From positions 1,920,001 to 1,952,000 of the forward strand of contig NC_017448.1 in NCBI RefSeq assembly GCF_000146505.1: 32,000 nt of DNA. Reading direction: 5' to 3'. This document shows, piece after piece, positions 15,392 through 24,027 of the stretch. A program made the position numbers and the translations under genes. Within the stretch, counting starts at the first letter, position 1. Each line of letters starts with the position of its first letter. A model generated the notes under the pieces. That model had not been told where the DNA came from. It did not search any database and saw only the letters and a program-made list of their open reading frames with translations. The DNA is from Fibrobacter succinogenes subsp. succinogenes S85 (GTDB lineage: Bacteria > Fibrobacterota > Fibrobacteria > Fibrobacterales > Fibrobacteraceae).

Positions 15392-17332
15392 CTAAACTTC
15401 CACGCCTTTTTCCTTGAGCACCGCCATCACCTCGTCATACGGGAGCGGCTTCGAGAAATAATAACCCTGCACGCGGTCGCATCCGATTTCCTTCAAAAAG
15501 TCTAGATGTTCCTTTATCTCCACACCTTCCGAAAGCGTGCCAATATGCAATAGCTTAGCCATTTCCACAATGGCGCGGATAATCACCTTGGACTTTTCCG
15601 AGAAGTTCCGCAAGAACATCATGTCAATTTTCAAAAAGTCGAAATCGTAATCTTTCAGCACGTTCAACGACGAGAATCCCGAACCAAAGTCATCCATCCA
15701 GACTTCAAATCCGTCATTTTGGAAACGCGTCACCTGTTCACGGATATAGCCATCCTCGTCACCGTCCAGCACGGATTCCGTAATCTCGATATGGATCATC
15801 TCATGCGGCACGTTATATTCTTTAGTCAACCGCGTGAGTTCCTTATAAATGTCACTCAGCTTAAAGTCCAGACGCGAAAGGTTGAACGAAATCGGAACGC
15901 ACTTGTTCCCCAAATTCGTTTCCACACGGTATTTTTCGCAAATTTTCTTGAGCACGAACAAGTCCAATTTCTGGATCAAGTGAGCGTCTTCTAAAACGCC
16001 TACAAAATCAAGCGGCGGCAAGAATCCGTGCTCCGGGTCATCCCAACGGGCAAGCGCTTCAAAGCCACAAAGCTTGTTCGTATTGATATCCACGACGGGC
16101 TGATAAAAGACCTTGATGTATTCCTTTTCTACAGCCTCGTCAATGTGTGCAATCAAGTACATTTTCAAGCGTTCACGGGCGCCCATTTCATCGGCATAAA
16201 CGGCGACATATTCATCGTAGACGCCCTTGGTCGTCGCTTCGGCAAGGCGAGCCCGCATAAAGCAACGTTCTACGTTTTCATTTTCAACACGCTGCACATA
16301 CACGCCCGCCTTGAGCTCTAGCACACCTTGAGTCGAGAAGCTACGAATCTTGTCATGCGCTTCCTTGATTTTTGCCTTCATCCCGGAGGCATCACCTACA
16401 ACGCGGAACGTATCGCACGACACATGCGTCACATAGCGCTCGCCAAACAGCGTCTTAAACGTATCCGCCATGAACTTCAGCGCACCGTCACCTTCTTCAA
16501 AGCCAAACCTCTCGTTAAAGGCCTTGAAATTTTCCAAATCAAAAGCGACAAACGCATAGCGTTTCCTCGGGTTCCTAAAGAGCAAGTCCTGCACGTAGTT
16601 TGAGAACAGAAGCGCATTCGGGAGCCCCGTCAGCTTGTCATGGTTACGCGCAATTTCCGCCTGTTGCGTCAAGCGCACCGTCCTGAAAATAAGCTTCACC
16701 GCAATCGTAAGCGTAAGCCAGAAGAACCACGATACAAAGACAAGGTAATTCAAAAATTCAGGAGTTACCTCAATCATGCGCACGCACACATACATGGCGA
16801 GGTTCACTAGCATACTAAATAACGTGACAAAACCCAAGAACCCAAAGCGCGCAAAGATTTGCGTGTTACGGACAAATAAAAGTTCATTCCAAAGGAGTTT
16901 CCACCAAATGAAAATTGCAACCAAGTTTACTAGGGCAGCACCAACCTGCGTCTTGCCCACCACCATGCCGAGGTAACCCACACCGACAGATGCCGAAAGC
17001 ATGAACAGCGATGGAGACCAGTGGATCGAAAGCACCTTCCCAAAAACAAAAATCGCCACAGGAATCAGAATGACGCGGCTCATGTAGTCCACTATCACGT
17101 CGAGCAATAACGGAACCTCGCCCATCATGCACCCAAGCAAGTGCATCATCCCGTGATAAATCAAGTCCGAATAAATCATGTAGGGGGTCAGCGAAAAAAC
17201 GGCACCCCAAAAAAGAACATTCTTCAAGTTCTGTTTTTCACCAAGCGCAGCCAGCGTAAAAAGCAAAAACCCGCTCGCCAACAGCGACGGAAAAAAGAAC
17301 ACATGATTTGCGTAATCCAGAAAATTTATCAT
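15392..17332 (-). CDS. Membrane-bound c-di-GMP phosphodiesterase: polytopic N-domain, degenerate GGDEF, intact EAL
   Basis: About 220 aa of TM helices. GGDEF-domain fold (KLTGLPN.., FNERFGFEEGDGALK), but the GG[DE]EF position reads SCDTF. EAL motifs are intact (EALARW, NLS, EITES, DDFGSGFSSL, KID, EGVE, QGYYFSKP). Confidence 0.9.
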   Translation of the reverse strand: MINFLDYANHVFFFPSLLASGFLLFTLAALGEKQNLKNVLFWGAVFSLTPYMIYSDLIYHGMMHLLGCMMGEVPLLLDVIVDYMSRVILIPVAIFVFGKVLSIHWSPSLFMLSASVGVGYLGMVVGKTQVGAALVNLVAIFIWWKLLWNELLFVRNTQIFARFGFLGFVTLFSMLVNLAMYVCVRMIEVTPEFLNYLVFVSWFFWLTLTIAVKLIFRTVRLTQQAEIARNHDKLTGLPNALLFSNYVQDLLFRNPRKRYAFVAFDLENFKAFNERFGFEEGDGALKFMADTFKTLFGERYVTHVSCDTFRVVGDASGMKAKIKEAHDKIRSFSTQGVLELKAGVYVQRVENENVERCFMRARLAEATTKGVYDEYVAVYADEMGARERLKMYLIAHIDEAVEKEYIKVFYQPVVDINTNKLCGFEALARWDDPEHGFLPPLDFVGVLEDAHLIQKLDLFVLKKICEKYRVETNLGNKCVPISFNLSRLDFKLSDIYKELTRLTKEYNVPHEMIHIEITESVLDGDEDGYIREQVTRFQNDGFEVWMDDFGSGFSSLNVLKDYDFDFLKIDMMFLRNFSEKSKVIIRAIVEMAKLLHIGTLSEGVEIKEHLDFLKEIGCDRVQGYYFSKPLPYDEVMAVLKEKGVEV

Positions 17333-17486
17333 TGCTATACCCTAGAGCATCATAAATATAATGTATAATCCCATCCCGTGTACGCAGATGGTGAAAAAAC
17401 GCACATTTTGGGCGCTATACATTGGAATAAATACTAGGATTTACTTCACTTTACTAAAATCAAGCCTATCATCAACCGGAATCGGT

Positions 17487-17711
17487 TCATTCTGGTTTTG
17501 AACATTGACGTCCACCGGCTCGGGCGTACCAAGCTTCCGTCGGAGGCGCAGGCATTTTTGCCATTTGAGCGGACTGGTCATCGCGGCCATCCTTTCTCAG
17601 CTGCATTTCATCTGAATTATTGCCGACGCCGATTACAGCAGGGCAGCCCCTCGGATTATCGCACGCACAACCTAAAACAAACAAAGCAAAAGCAATTAAA
17701 ACAAATTTCAT
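17487..17711 (-). CDS. Small hypothetical lipoprotein (about 74 aa)
   Basis: MKFVLIAFALFVLGCACDN lipobox taken from the second ATG of track ORF 17487..17726. No recognisable domain. Confidence 0.4.
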   Translation of the reverse strand: MKFVLIAFALFVLGCACDNPRGCPAVIGVGNNSDEMQLRKDGRDDQSAQMAKMPAPPTEAWYARAGGRQCSKPE

Positions 17712-17833
17712 GATTTTAATATACAAAAGAAGTCAAAAATAGACAAATAGTCAACGAAAATCGAGCATAACGAGCTCGGCAGTAAGGACAAAATTTTTAA
17801 ATTTGGCGCGAAAATCTTATTTGGGAGCAATGT

Positions 17834-20800
17834 ATGAAATCCAAATTACTCTTAACAACATCTATCTTCACGCTTTCCATGCTCTATGGCTGCCTTGACG
17901 AGGTAAGCGAAGCAAGCGCCCCGGACTTGTCCGAACTCGCCTGCAAAACAGAACCGCTAGACGACGATAGCGGTCTCAAGATTATCTGCGGCGGTGATTC
18001 CGTAGGTGTCGTTTTGAACGGCAAAGACGGAAAAGATGGAGCCGATGGTAAAGATGGCAAAGAAGGCAAATCTGGTGCCGACGGCAAAGACGGATCATCC
18101 TGCTACGTCACCGAAAACGCAGAAATCAACGGCTACGACGTGTTCTGCGGCGATGAAAAAATCGGTTCAATCGTGAACGGCAAGGATGGTGCCGACGGTA
18201 AAAATGGTGAAAACGGCGCCAACGGTAAGGATGGCGACAAGGGTGACGATGGCAAGGACGGTAAAGACGGAAAAGATGGAACTTCTTGCCGCATCGAAAC
18301 CAACAAGGATATCAATGGTTACGATGTTATCTGCGGTGACAAGAAAGTTGGTCAGCTCCTTAATGGAAAGGATGGCGAAAACGGCAAGGATGGTAAAGAT
18401 GGCAACGACGGTTCCTCTTGCTCGGTCGAAGTAAACGATGACATCAACGGTTTCGACGTCGTTTGCGCAGGCAAGAAGGTCGGCGAACTCCGCAACGGTA
18501 AGGACGGCCAAGACGGAAAGAATGGTAAAGATGGCAACGACGGTTCCTCTTGCTCGGTCAAAGTAAACGATGATATCGATGGTTACGATGTCGTTTGCGC
18601 AGGCAAGAAGGTCGGTGAACTCCGCAACGGTAAGGACGGCCAGGACGGAAAGAATGGCACCGATGGTAAGGATGGAACCTCCTGCACGGTCGAAGTAAAC
18701 GATGACATCAACGGTTTCGACGTCGTTTGCGCAGGCAAGAAGGTCGGTGAACTCCTTAATGGAAAGGATGGCGAAAACGGCAAGGATGGTAAAGACGGTA
18801 ACGATGGTTCTTCCTGCAGCGTTGTAGAAAATAAGGATATTAACGGTTTCGATGTCATCTGCGGCGACAAGAAGGTCGGAGAGCTCCTCAACGGAAAGGA
18901 TGGCGCTGACGGCAAGAACGGTACCGATGGTAAGGATGGCAACGACGGTTCCTCTTGCTCGGTCAAAGTAAACGATGATATCGATGGTTACGATGTCGTT
19001 TGCGCAGGCAAGAAGGTCGGTGAACTCCGCAACGGTAAGGACGGCCAGGACGGAAAGAATGGCACCGATGGTAAGGATGGAACTTCCTGCACGGTCGAAG
19101 TAAACGATGACATCAACGGTTTCGACGTCGTTTGCGCAGGCAAGAAGGTCGGCGAACTCCGCAATGGTAAGGACGGCCAGGACGGAAAGAATGGCACCGA
19201 TGGTAAAGATGGAACGTCCTGCTCTGTCGTAAAGAACGAAAAGGTCAATGGATACGAAGTCTACTGCGGTACCGAATTCCTCGGATTCCTCACTAACGGA
19301 AAGGATGGCGCTGATGGCAAGAACGGTATCGACGGTAAAGACGGAACTTCTTGCACTGTTGAAGAGAACAAGGAAATCGATGGCTATGACGTCATCTGCG
19401 CTGACAAGAAGGTCGGTGAAATTCACAACGGTAAAGACGGTCAAGACGGTAAGAATGGTACCGATGGTAAAGACGGAACGTCCTGCTCTGTCGTAAAGAA
19501 CGAAAAGGTCAATGGATACGAAGTCTACTGCGGTACCGAATTCCTCGGATTCCTCACTAACGGAAAGGATGGCGCGGATGGCAAGAACGGCATTGACGGT
19601 AAGGACGGAACTTCTTGCACTGTTGAAGAGAACAAGGAAATCGATGGTTACGACGTCATCTGCGCAGACAAGAAGGTTGGCGAGCTCCATAACGGTAAGG
19701 ACGGCCAAGACGGAAAGAACGGCACTGATGGTAAGGACGGAACCTCTTGCCGTGTTGAAGTAAACAAGGATATTGACGGTTACGACGTTATATGCGGCGA
19801 CAAGAAGGTTGGCGAACTCCGAAACGGCGCTAAGGGCGAAAACGGCAAGGATGGTAAAGACGGTAACGATGGTTCTTCTTGCACGGTCGAAGTAAACGAT
19901 GACATCAACGGTTTCGACGTCGTTTGCGCAGGCAAGAAGGTCGGCGAACTCCGCAATGGTAAGGACGGCCAGGATGGAAAGAATGGCACCGATGGTAAGG
20001 ATGGAACTTCCTGCTCTGTCGTAAAGAACGAAAAGGTCAATGGATACGAAGTCTACTGCGGTACCGAATTCCTCGGATTCCTCACTAACGGAAAAGACGG
20101 TGCTGATGGCAAGAACGGTATTGATGGTAAGGACGGAACTTCTTGCACTGTTGAAGAGAACAAGGAAATCGACGGATACGATGTCATCTGCGGTGACAAG
20201 AAGGTCGGCGAGCTCCGCAACGGTAAGGACGCAGTCCTTCCTTCCTCCAGCAGCATCGCTTCTTCAAGCAGTGCAGCACCTTCTAGCAGCAGCAAGGTTT
20301 CCTCTAGCAGTGTCACACCGTCTAGCAGCAGCGTCGCTTCCTCTAGTAGCGTAACGCCCTCAAGCAGCAGCGTAGCCTCCTCTAGCAGCGAAACCCCGTC
20401 TAGCTCCAGCGTTGAACAGCTCAGCGAAAAGTGCAAAACGCTCCGCGCCACAACAGACGTATTCAATTCCCTCTACGACGTTCTCGGTTGCACCCGCTCT
20501 GATGAAAAGGTCGCCATCATCTTGCGCCACGCCCAACGCGACATCAACAAATACGGCGACGACGATGGCCTCATTGACGTCGGTAGAGCACAGGCAAAGC
20601 AAGTCGGCGAAAAACTCAAAAAGCTCAACCTCGACGACTTCTATTACATGTACACCAACGTCAAGCGCACCGCAGAAACCGCACAAATCATCGCCGTGAA
20701 CAAAGGCGAAAACGTTTCGTCAAACATTAACGACTGGCACAAGCATAGCATCGAAAACCTTACTGAAATCAACCAGAACCTGAAGGAATCCTGGTATGTC

Positions 20801-21256
20801 AAACCCAATCAAAGTGCAAGCAACTGCAAGGGTAACGCCAGCTGGGGCTGGAGTTCTTATTCCAAAATTGCCTACCAGGAATACGACAACGATAACAACC
20901 GTCAAAACTGCGAAAATGCATTCTACCCCATCGCTGACAGAGTTAACGATTTCATCAACACCTACTTCACATACGAACAAATGCACAAGTACACCTTGGC
21001 CATTTCGCACGACCAATACCTTGTACCGTTCGTCATTACAATCAGCAACAAACAAATCCACGATGACGTTAAAAATTCCAAATACGATCTCCGCTTCCAC
21101 AAGCATGATCGCGACATCAATTGGAATCCGGATTTTAACTATTGGATCAACTACCTCACCGGCGTAGTACTCATCGTTGATTCCGACAACAGCGTTATAA
21201 AGCTCCCCGTCAAAGCACTAGACGACGGATTCCTGCGCGAATACAAAAATCCATAA
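17834..21256 (+). CDS. Giant repetitive surface lipoprotein: ~16 (Gly-X-Y run + Cys-loop) modules, poly-Ser linker, C-terminal histidine-phosphatase-like domain
   Basis: Lipobox SMLYGC. Repeated NGKDGxDGKNGxDGKDG(T/S)SC-x14-C-x(3)KVGEL modules. SSSS(V/A/T)PSSSS linker at 20233-20410. C-terminal ILRHAQRD.., VGRAQAKQVGEKL, KRTAETAQI and AISHDQ match the RHG-type histidine phosphatase pattern. Confidence 0.85.
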   Translation: MKSKLLLTTSIFTLSMLYGCLDEVSEASAPDLSELACKTEPLDDDSGLKIICGGDSVGVVLNGKDGKDGADGKDGKEGKSGADGKDGSSCYVTENAEINGYDVFCGDEKIGSIVNGKDGADGKNGENGANGKDGDKGDDGKDGKDGKDGTSCRIETNKDINGYDVICGDKKVGQLLNGKDGENGKDGKDGNDGSSCSVEVNDDINGFDVVCAGKKVGELRNGKDGQDGKNGKDGNDGSSCSVKVNDDIDGYDVVCAGKKVGELRNGKDGQDGKNGTDGKDGTSCTVEVNDDINGFDVVCAGKKVGELLNGKDGENGKDGKDGNDGSSCSVVENKDINGFDVICGDKKVGELLNGKDGADGKNGTDGKDGNDGSSCSVKVNDDIDGYDVVCAGKKVGELRNGKDGQDGKNGTDGKDGTSCTVEVNDDINGFDVVCAGKKVGELRNGKDGQDGKNGTDGKDGTSCSVVKNEKVNGYEVYCGTEFLGFLTNGKDGADGKNGIDGKDGTSCTVEENKEIDGYDVICADKKVGEIHNGKDGQDGKNGTDGKDGTSCSVVKNEKVNGYEVYCGTEFLGFLTNGKDGADGKNGIDGKDGTSCTVEENKEIDGYDVICADKKVGELHNGKDGQDGKNGTDGKDGTSCRVEVNKDIDGYDVICGDKKVGELRNGAKGENGKDGKDGNDGSSCTVEVNDDINGFDVVCAGKKVGELRNGKDGQDGKNGTDGKDGTSCSVVKNEKVNGYEVYCGTEFLGFLTNGKDGADGKNGIDGKDGTSCTVEENKEIDGYDVICGDKKVGELRNGKDAVLPSSSSIASSSSAAPSSSSKVSSSSVTPSSSSVASSSSVTPSSSSVASSSSETPSSSSVEQLSEKCKTLRATTDVFNSLYDVLGCTRSDEKVAIILRHAQRDINKYGDDDGLIDVGRAQAKQVGEKLKKLNLDDFYYMYTNVKRTAETAQIIAVNKGENVSSNINDWHKHSIENLTEINQNLKESWYVKPNQSASNCKGNASWGWSSYSKIAYQEYDNDNNRQNCENAFYPIADRVNDFINTYFTYEQMHKYTLAISHDQYLVPFVITISNKQIHDDVKNSKYDLRFHKHDRDINWNPDFNYWINYLTGVVLIVDSDNSVIKLPVKALDDGFLREYKNP
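18017..20232 (+). repeat. Coding tandem-repeat region (132-141-nt modules, with higher-order 264-nt and ~405-nt units)
   Basis: Modules read directly. For example 19201-19463 vs 19464-19727 vs 19993-20230, and 18531-18755 vs 18936-19160, which are near-identical. Confidence 0.95.
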
Positions 21257-21267
21257 CAAACAAGCTT

Positions 21268-21295
21268 CAAAGCCCCCGCCCGGGGGCTTTTTTCG
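21268..21295. terminator. Bidirectional terminator between convergent genes
   Basis: agcccc (21271-21276) pairs with ggggct (21283-21288), followed by tttttt; A-rich on the other side. Confidence 0.75.
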
Positions 21296-21299
21296 TATT

Positions 21300-23930
21300 C
21301 TACTTTTCCAGTGTTTTTATCAACGAGTCTAAACGAGAAGACAAATGTTTTGCACCGACAAAGCTCAGATGGTCGCAATCATTCGCCATATCATCCGTAT
21401 AGTCGTGCATCCCAAATTTATTTTCGTCCACCATTATAAAATGCGGATAGACTTGCGCTAAAGAATCAAAATAGGCCGCCGTTTTTAAAGCCTGGCTACG
21501 CTTTGTCCCATGCCGCCCAAAGCTGCCCGTATTCGCATACCCAGGAGACTGCGGGTAAACAAGCCCAATAATCTTAAAGCCCTTGTTTTGCGTACTGTCA
21601 ATAAAGGCCGTCAGGCTATCCACACTATTGTCATAATTTTTCTGCCAACTCGTTTGCATAACAGTATCATACTTAATTTCCGGCTCATCACTCCAACAGT
21701 TAGGTTCCAACATCAACAATCCTCTCATATTGACGTAATTCAAGGAGTCGGCTCCTGTATAGCAAACATTAGCATCAACAAAGCGAACAAAAGATTGCGG
21801 CAGCCCATTTCTCCAAAAATTATGGTTCCTGTCATAAAAATAACCCGGTGCCTGCCCAAACGCAAATTGCATTCTACTAGCCTTAGAATTGTGCATCAAG
21901 TCATACGATATTTCAACAATCAAATACTTTAAATTTTTAGCATGCGGAATAAAATAATTATCCATCAAATAGAGAGCCGCCCAAATATTTCCACCAACGT
22001 ATCCAAAATTAAGGGCCGATTTTGATATCTGCGTTGGATCAAATCCTCTTTCAGTACGGGATGTTCCTACGGCAATCACTTCTAAAGAATCGCGTTCGTC
22101 CCAAAACATGCGCATTTTCAAGCTTGCCGACCTTTCACCGCCCTGATAAATAGGATCCCAATACAAGCCTGCACTATCCAAATCAAGGTCTTTATTTCCA
22201 AACGTATTCTTAGGCATCACCCACATATTAGGGTGCCACAAATCTCCGCCTTCAACCAATTCGGTTACACTAGAATCAAGAACATTCACTAGCGCAAGTT
22301 TTGCATGTTCTCCTTGAACATTGACAAGCGATACAACAGCCAGATTGTCGCGATTCACCCATTCAGAATGATCAAACGAAAAACCTTTCGGTGCAGGAAT
22401 TGCTCGTACCATTTTGCCACTGCTATCCGCGACAAGCAAGCGTTCATGCACCCCATATTTATCACTTGCAAAAGCCCTCCCTGTAGAACCGCCAAAATCC
22501 AAAAACAATGTCTGATTCAAGCCATCCTTCGAAAGTGACGCATTGCAAGCCTGCTCACCATTATACCATACATCATCTTTTCCATTCACATGCACGCGCA
22601 ACCTACGCGCTCCCGATACAGCACGGTTCAGGCTTTGCGAAACACCGCTGTGATACGCACCATCCATCAGCTTCTTCGCTTGTCCAAACTTTCCATTTGA
22701 GAAAGGAACAATCCATGTCCCGCGAGCCAAGAACTCCGCATCATCGCTATTATCGGATGCATCGTCGACAAACACAATCGAAGTATCGCCACCTTCACTC
22801 ACATGCCAACGTGGAATCACAGCCTTTTCAACATCAAGCTTTACAAGGCCACCACCATTTGCATCCAAGTTTCTTACATATACCGAAGAGGGGCCATCAA
22901 CACCTTCCATCCCCGTGCAAAAAGCAACCTTGCTTCCATCAGGCGAAATATCGGGATGAAATACTTGAACCGTATCAAAAATTTCTATAGCACCTGGACT
23001 TCTGCCATCATAATCAATATAAACCAAATTGCCGGTCACATTGTTTCTAAAAGCAAGTTTCGAATGGTATGTTCCCACCTTCTCACGAACATCCGACGAG
23101 AAAGCCTTCATCTTCATATAATTTGTTGCAACACCATTTTGCTCATCCAGTCCAGTGGCTTCCGGAATTTTTCCAAACACCAAACGAAATCCTATATACC
23201 CAGATAACGTTGAAGGGGTTACAGGATAAACATCTCCACGAGTATTCAGATTCATTTCAGAAGGAGCCTGAACCATCATACCCCCCTTGACGACTTTTTC
23301 AAGCGAACCAAACCAATCATTCGTCAGTTCAAGAGCGTTACCTGCCAAATCACAAAAGCCAATCGAATCAGGGAACGCACACGGTTCATGGAGTTCAAAA
23401 TTTGAATTTGTAGAATTCCAACTATACTTTTCAGGATTCCACGACTGCGACGCGGCCATCACCCATTCCGCTTCGGTCGGTAAACGAAAACCTTCTACAT
23501 CAGAACGAACTTCAAGTCCTTCTAAATTAATGCAATGACCTTTCGCATTAAAAAAGGGCCTATGGTACGCATAAACCGAATCATATCCAAACAACCTGCT
23601 ATACGCATTTGCAAAAAGGACAACATCATAATAGGACACATTAGTTACAGGCAACTTATCATTTGCACAATCCAATGCAAAGTACCAGTCCTCATCCTTG
23701 GCAATTTTATCGAATTCAGAGCATGTCACTTCATGAATTCCTAGCGAGTAAGCGGAAGAAGCACCATTAGGTATAATTCTCATCATTCCTTCACGAAGAG
23801 AATCCAACACGATTACAGGAGCAGACTCCGAATCGGCACTCTCAGCCGGATTTTTACGTCCATCTCCATGCGAATCCGAGCATGACGCAAGAGCCACGCA
23901 TAAAAGGAAACACGCAAACCATCTTTTCAT
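21300..23930 (-). CDS. Multidomain lipoprotein: FGE-sulfatase (SUMF1-like) domain, TolB-like beta-propeller segment, C-terminal SGNH/DUF1574-like region (resembles Fibrobacter TIGR02171 paralog family)
   Basis: The start is taken at MKRWFACFLLCVALASCSD (ATG 23930), because the upstream extension runs through the moxR terminator. FGE-type motifs GFRLPTEAEW, DLAGNALELTNDW, GFRLV. PDISPDGSKVAF propeller-like repeat. C-terminal VIAVGTSRTERG .. DCDHLS (GDS / DxxH-like). The TIGR02171 assignment is from memory. Confidence 0.75.
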   Translation of the reverse strand: MKRWFACFLLCVALASCSDSHGDGRKNPAESADSESAPVIVLDSLREGMMRIIPNGASSAYSLGIHEVTCSEFDKIAKDEDWYFALDCANDKLPVTNVSYYDVVLFANAYSRLFGYDSVYAYHRPFFNAKGHCINLEGLEVRSDVEGFRLPTEAEWVMAASQSWNPEKYSWNSTNSNFELHEPCAFPDSIGFCDLAGNALELTNDWFGSLEKVVKGGMMVQAPSEMNLNTRGDVYPVTPSTLSGYIGFRLVFGKIPEATGLDEQNGVATNYMKMKAFSSDVREKVGTYHSKLAFRNNVTGNLVYIDYDGRSPGAIEIFDTVQVFHPDISPDGSKVAFCTGMEGVDGPSSVYVRNLDANGGGLVKLDVEKAVIPRWHVSEGGDTSIVFVDDASDNSDDAEFLARGTWIVPFSNGKFGQAKKLMDGAYHSGVSQSLNRAVSGARRLRVHVNGKDDVWYNGEQACNASLSKDGLNQTLFLDFGGSTGRAFASDKYGVHERLLVADSSGKMVRAIPAPKGFSFDHSEWVNRDNLAVVSLVNVQGEHAKLALVNVLDSSVTELVEGGDLWHPNMWVMPKNTFGNKDLDLDSAGLYWDPIYQGGERSASLKMRMFWDERDSLEVIAVGTSRTERGFDPTQISKSALNFGYVGGNIWAALYLMDNYFIPHAKNLKYLIVEISYDLMHNSKASRMQFAFGQAPGYFYDRNHNFWRNGLPQSFVRFVDANVCYTGADSLNYVNMRGLLMLEPNCWSDEPEIKYDTVMQTSWQKNYDNSVDSLTAFIDSTQNKGFKIIGLVYPQSPGYANTGSFGRHGTKRSQALKTAAYFDSLAQVYPHFIMVDENKFGMHDYTDDMANDCDHLSFVGAKHLSSRLDSLIKTLEK

Positions 23931-23961
23931 GACTAAATCGCTAAACCGCATACTCACAAAA

Positions 23962-23998
23962 TAACAAAAAACAACGTCCCGCAAGGCGTTGTTTTTTT
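23962..23998 (-). terminator. Rho-independent terminator of moxR
   Basis: aacaacg (23970-23976) pairs with cgttgtt (23987-23993). On the minus strand the stem is followed by ttttttgttatttt. Confidence 0.6.
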
Positions 23999-24027
23999 AA
24001 GCTTTAAAATCTCGCGAGTTCTTTAAA

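Noticed and set aside
18167-19708. 513-aa minus-strand ORF, plus many 60-130-aa ORFs in other frames across 17.9-20.4 kb
   Set aside because: They are by-products of the tandem coding repeat: a stop-free frame in one unit is stop-free in all. The plus-strand frame has a lipoprotein signal, coherent module structure and a recognisable C-terminal domain.
18017-20232. Possible CRISPR array or other non-coding tandem repeat
   Set aside because: The repeats are contiguous 132-141-nt units with no unique spacers. Differences are mostly synonymous within one long ORF, and there are no cas genes.
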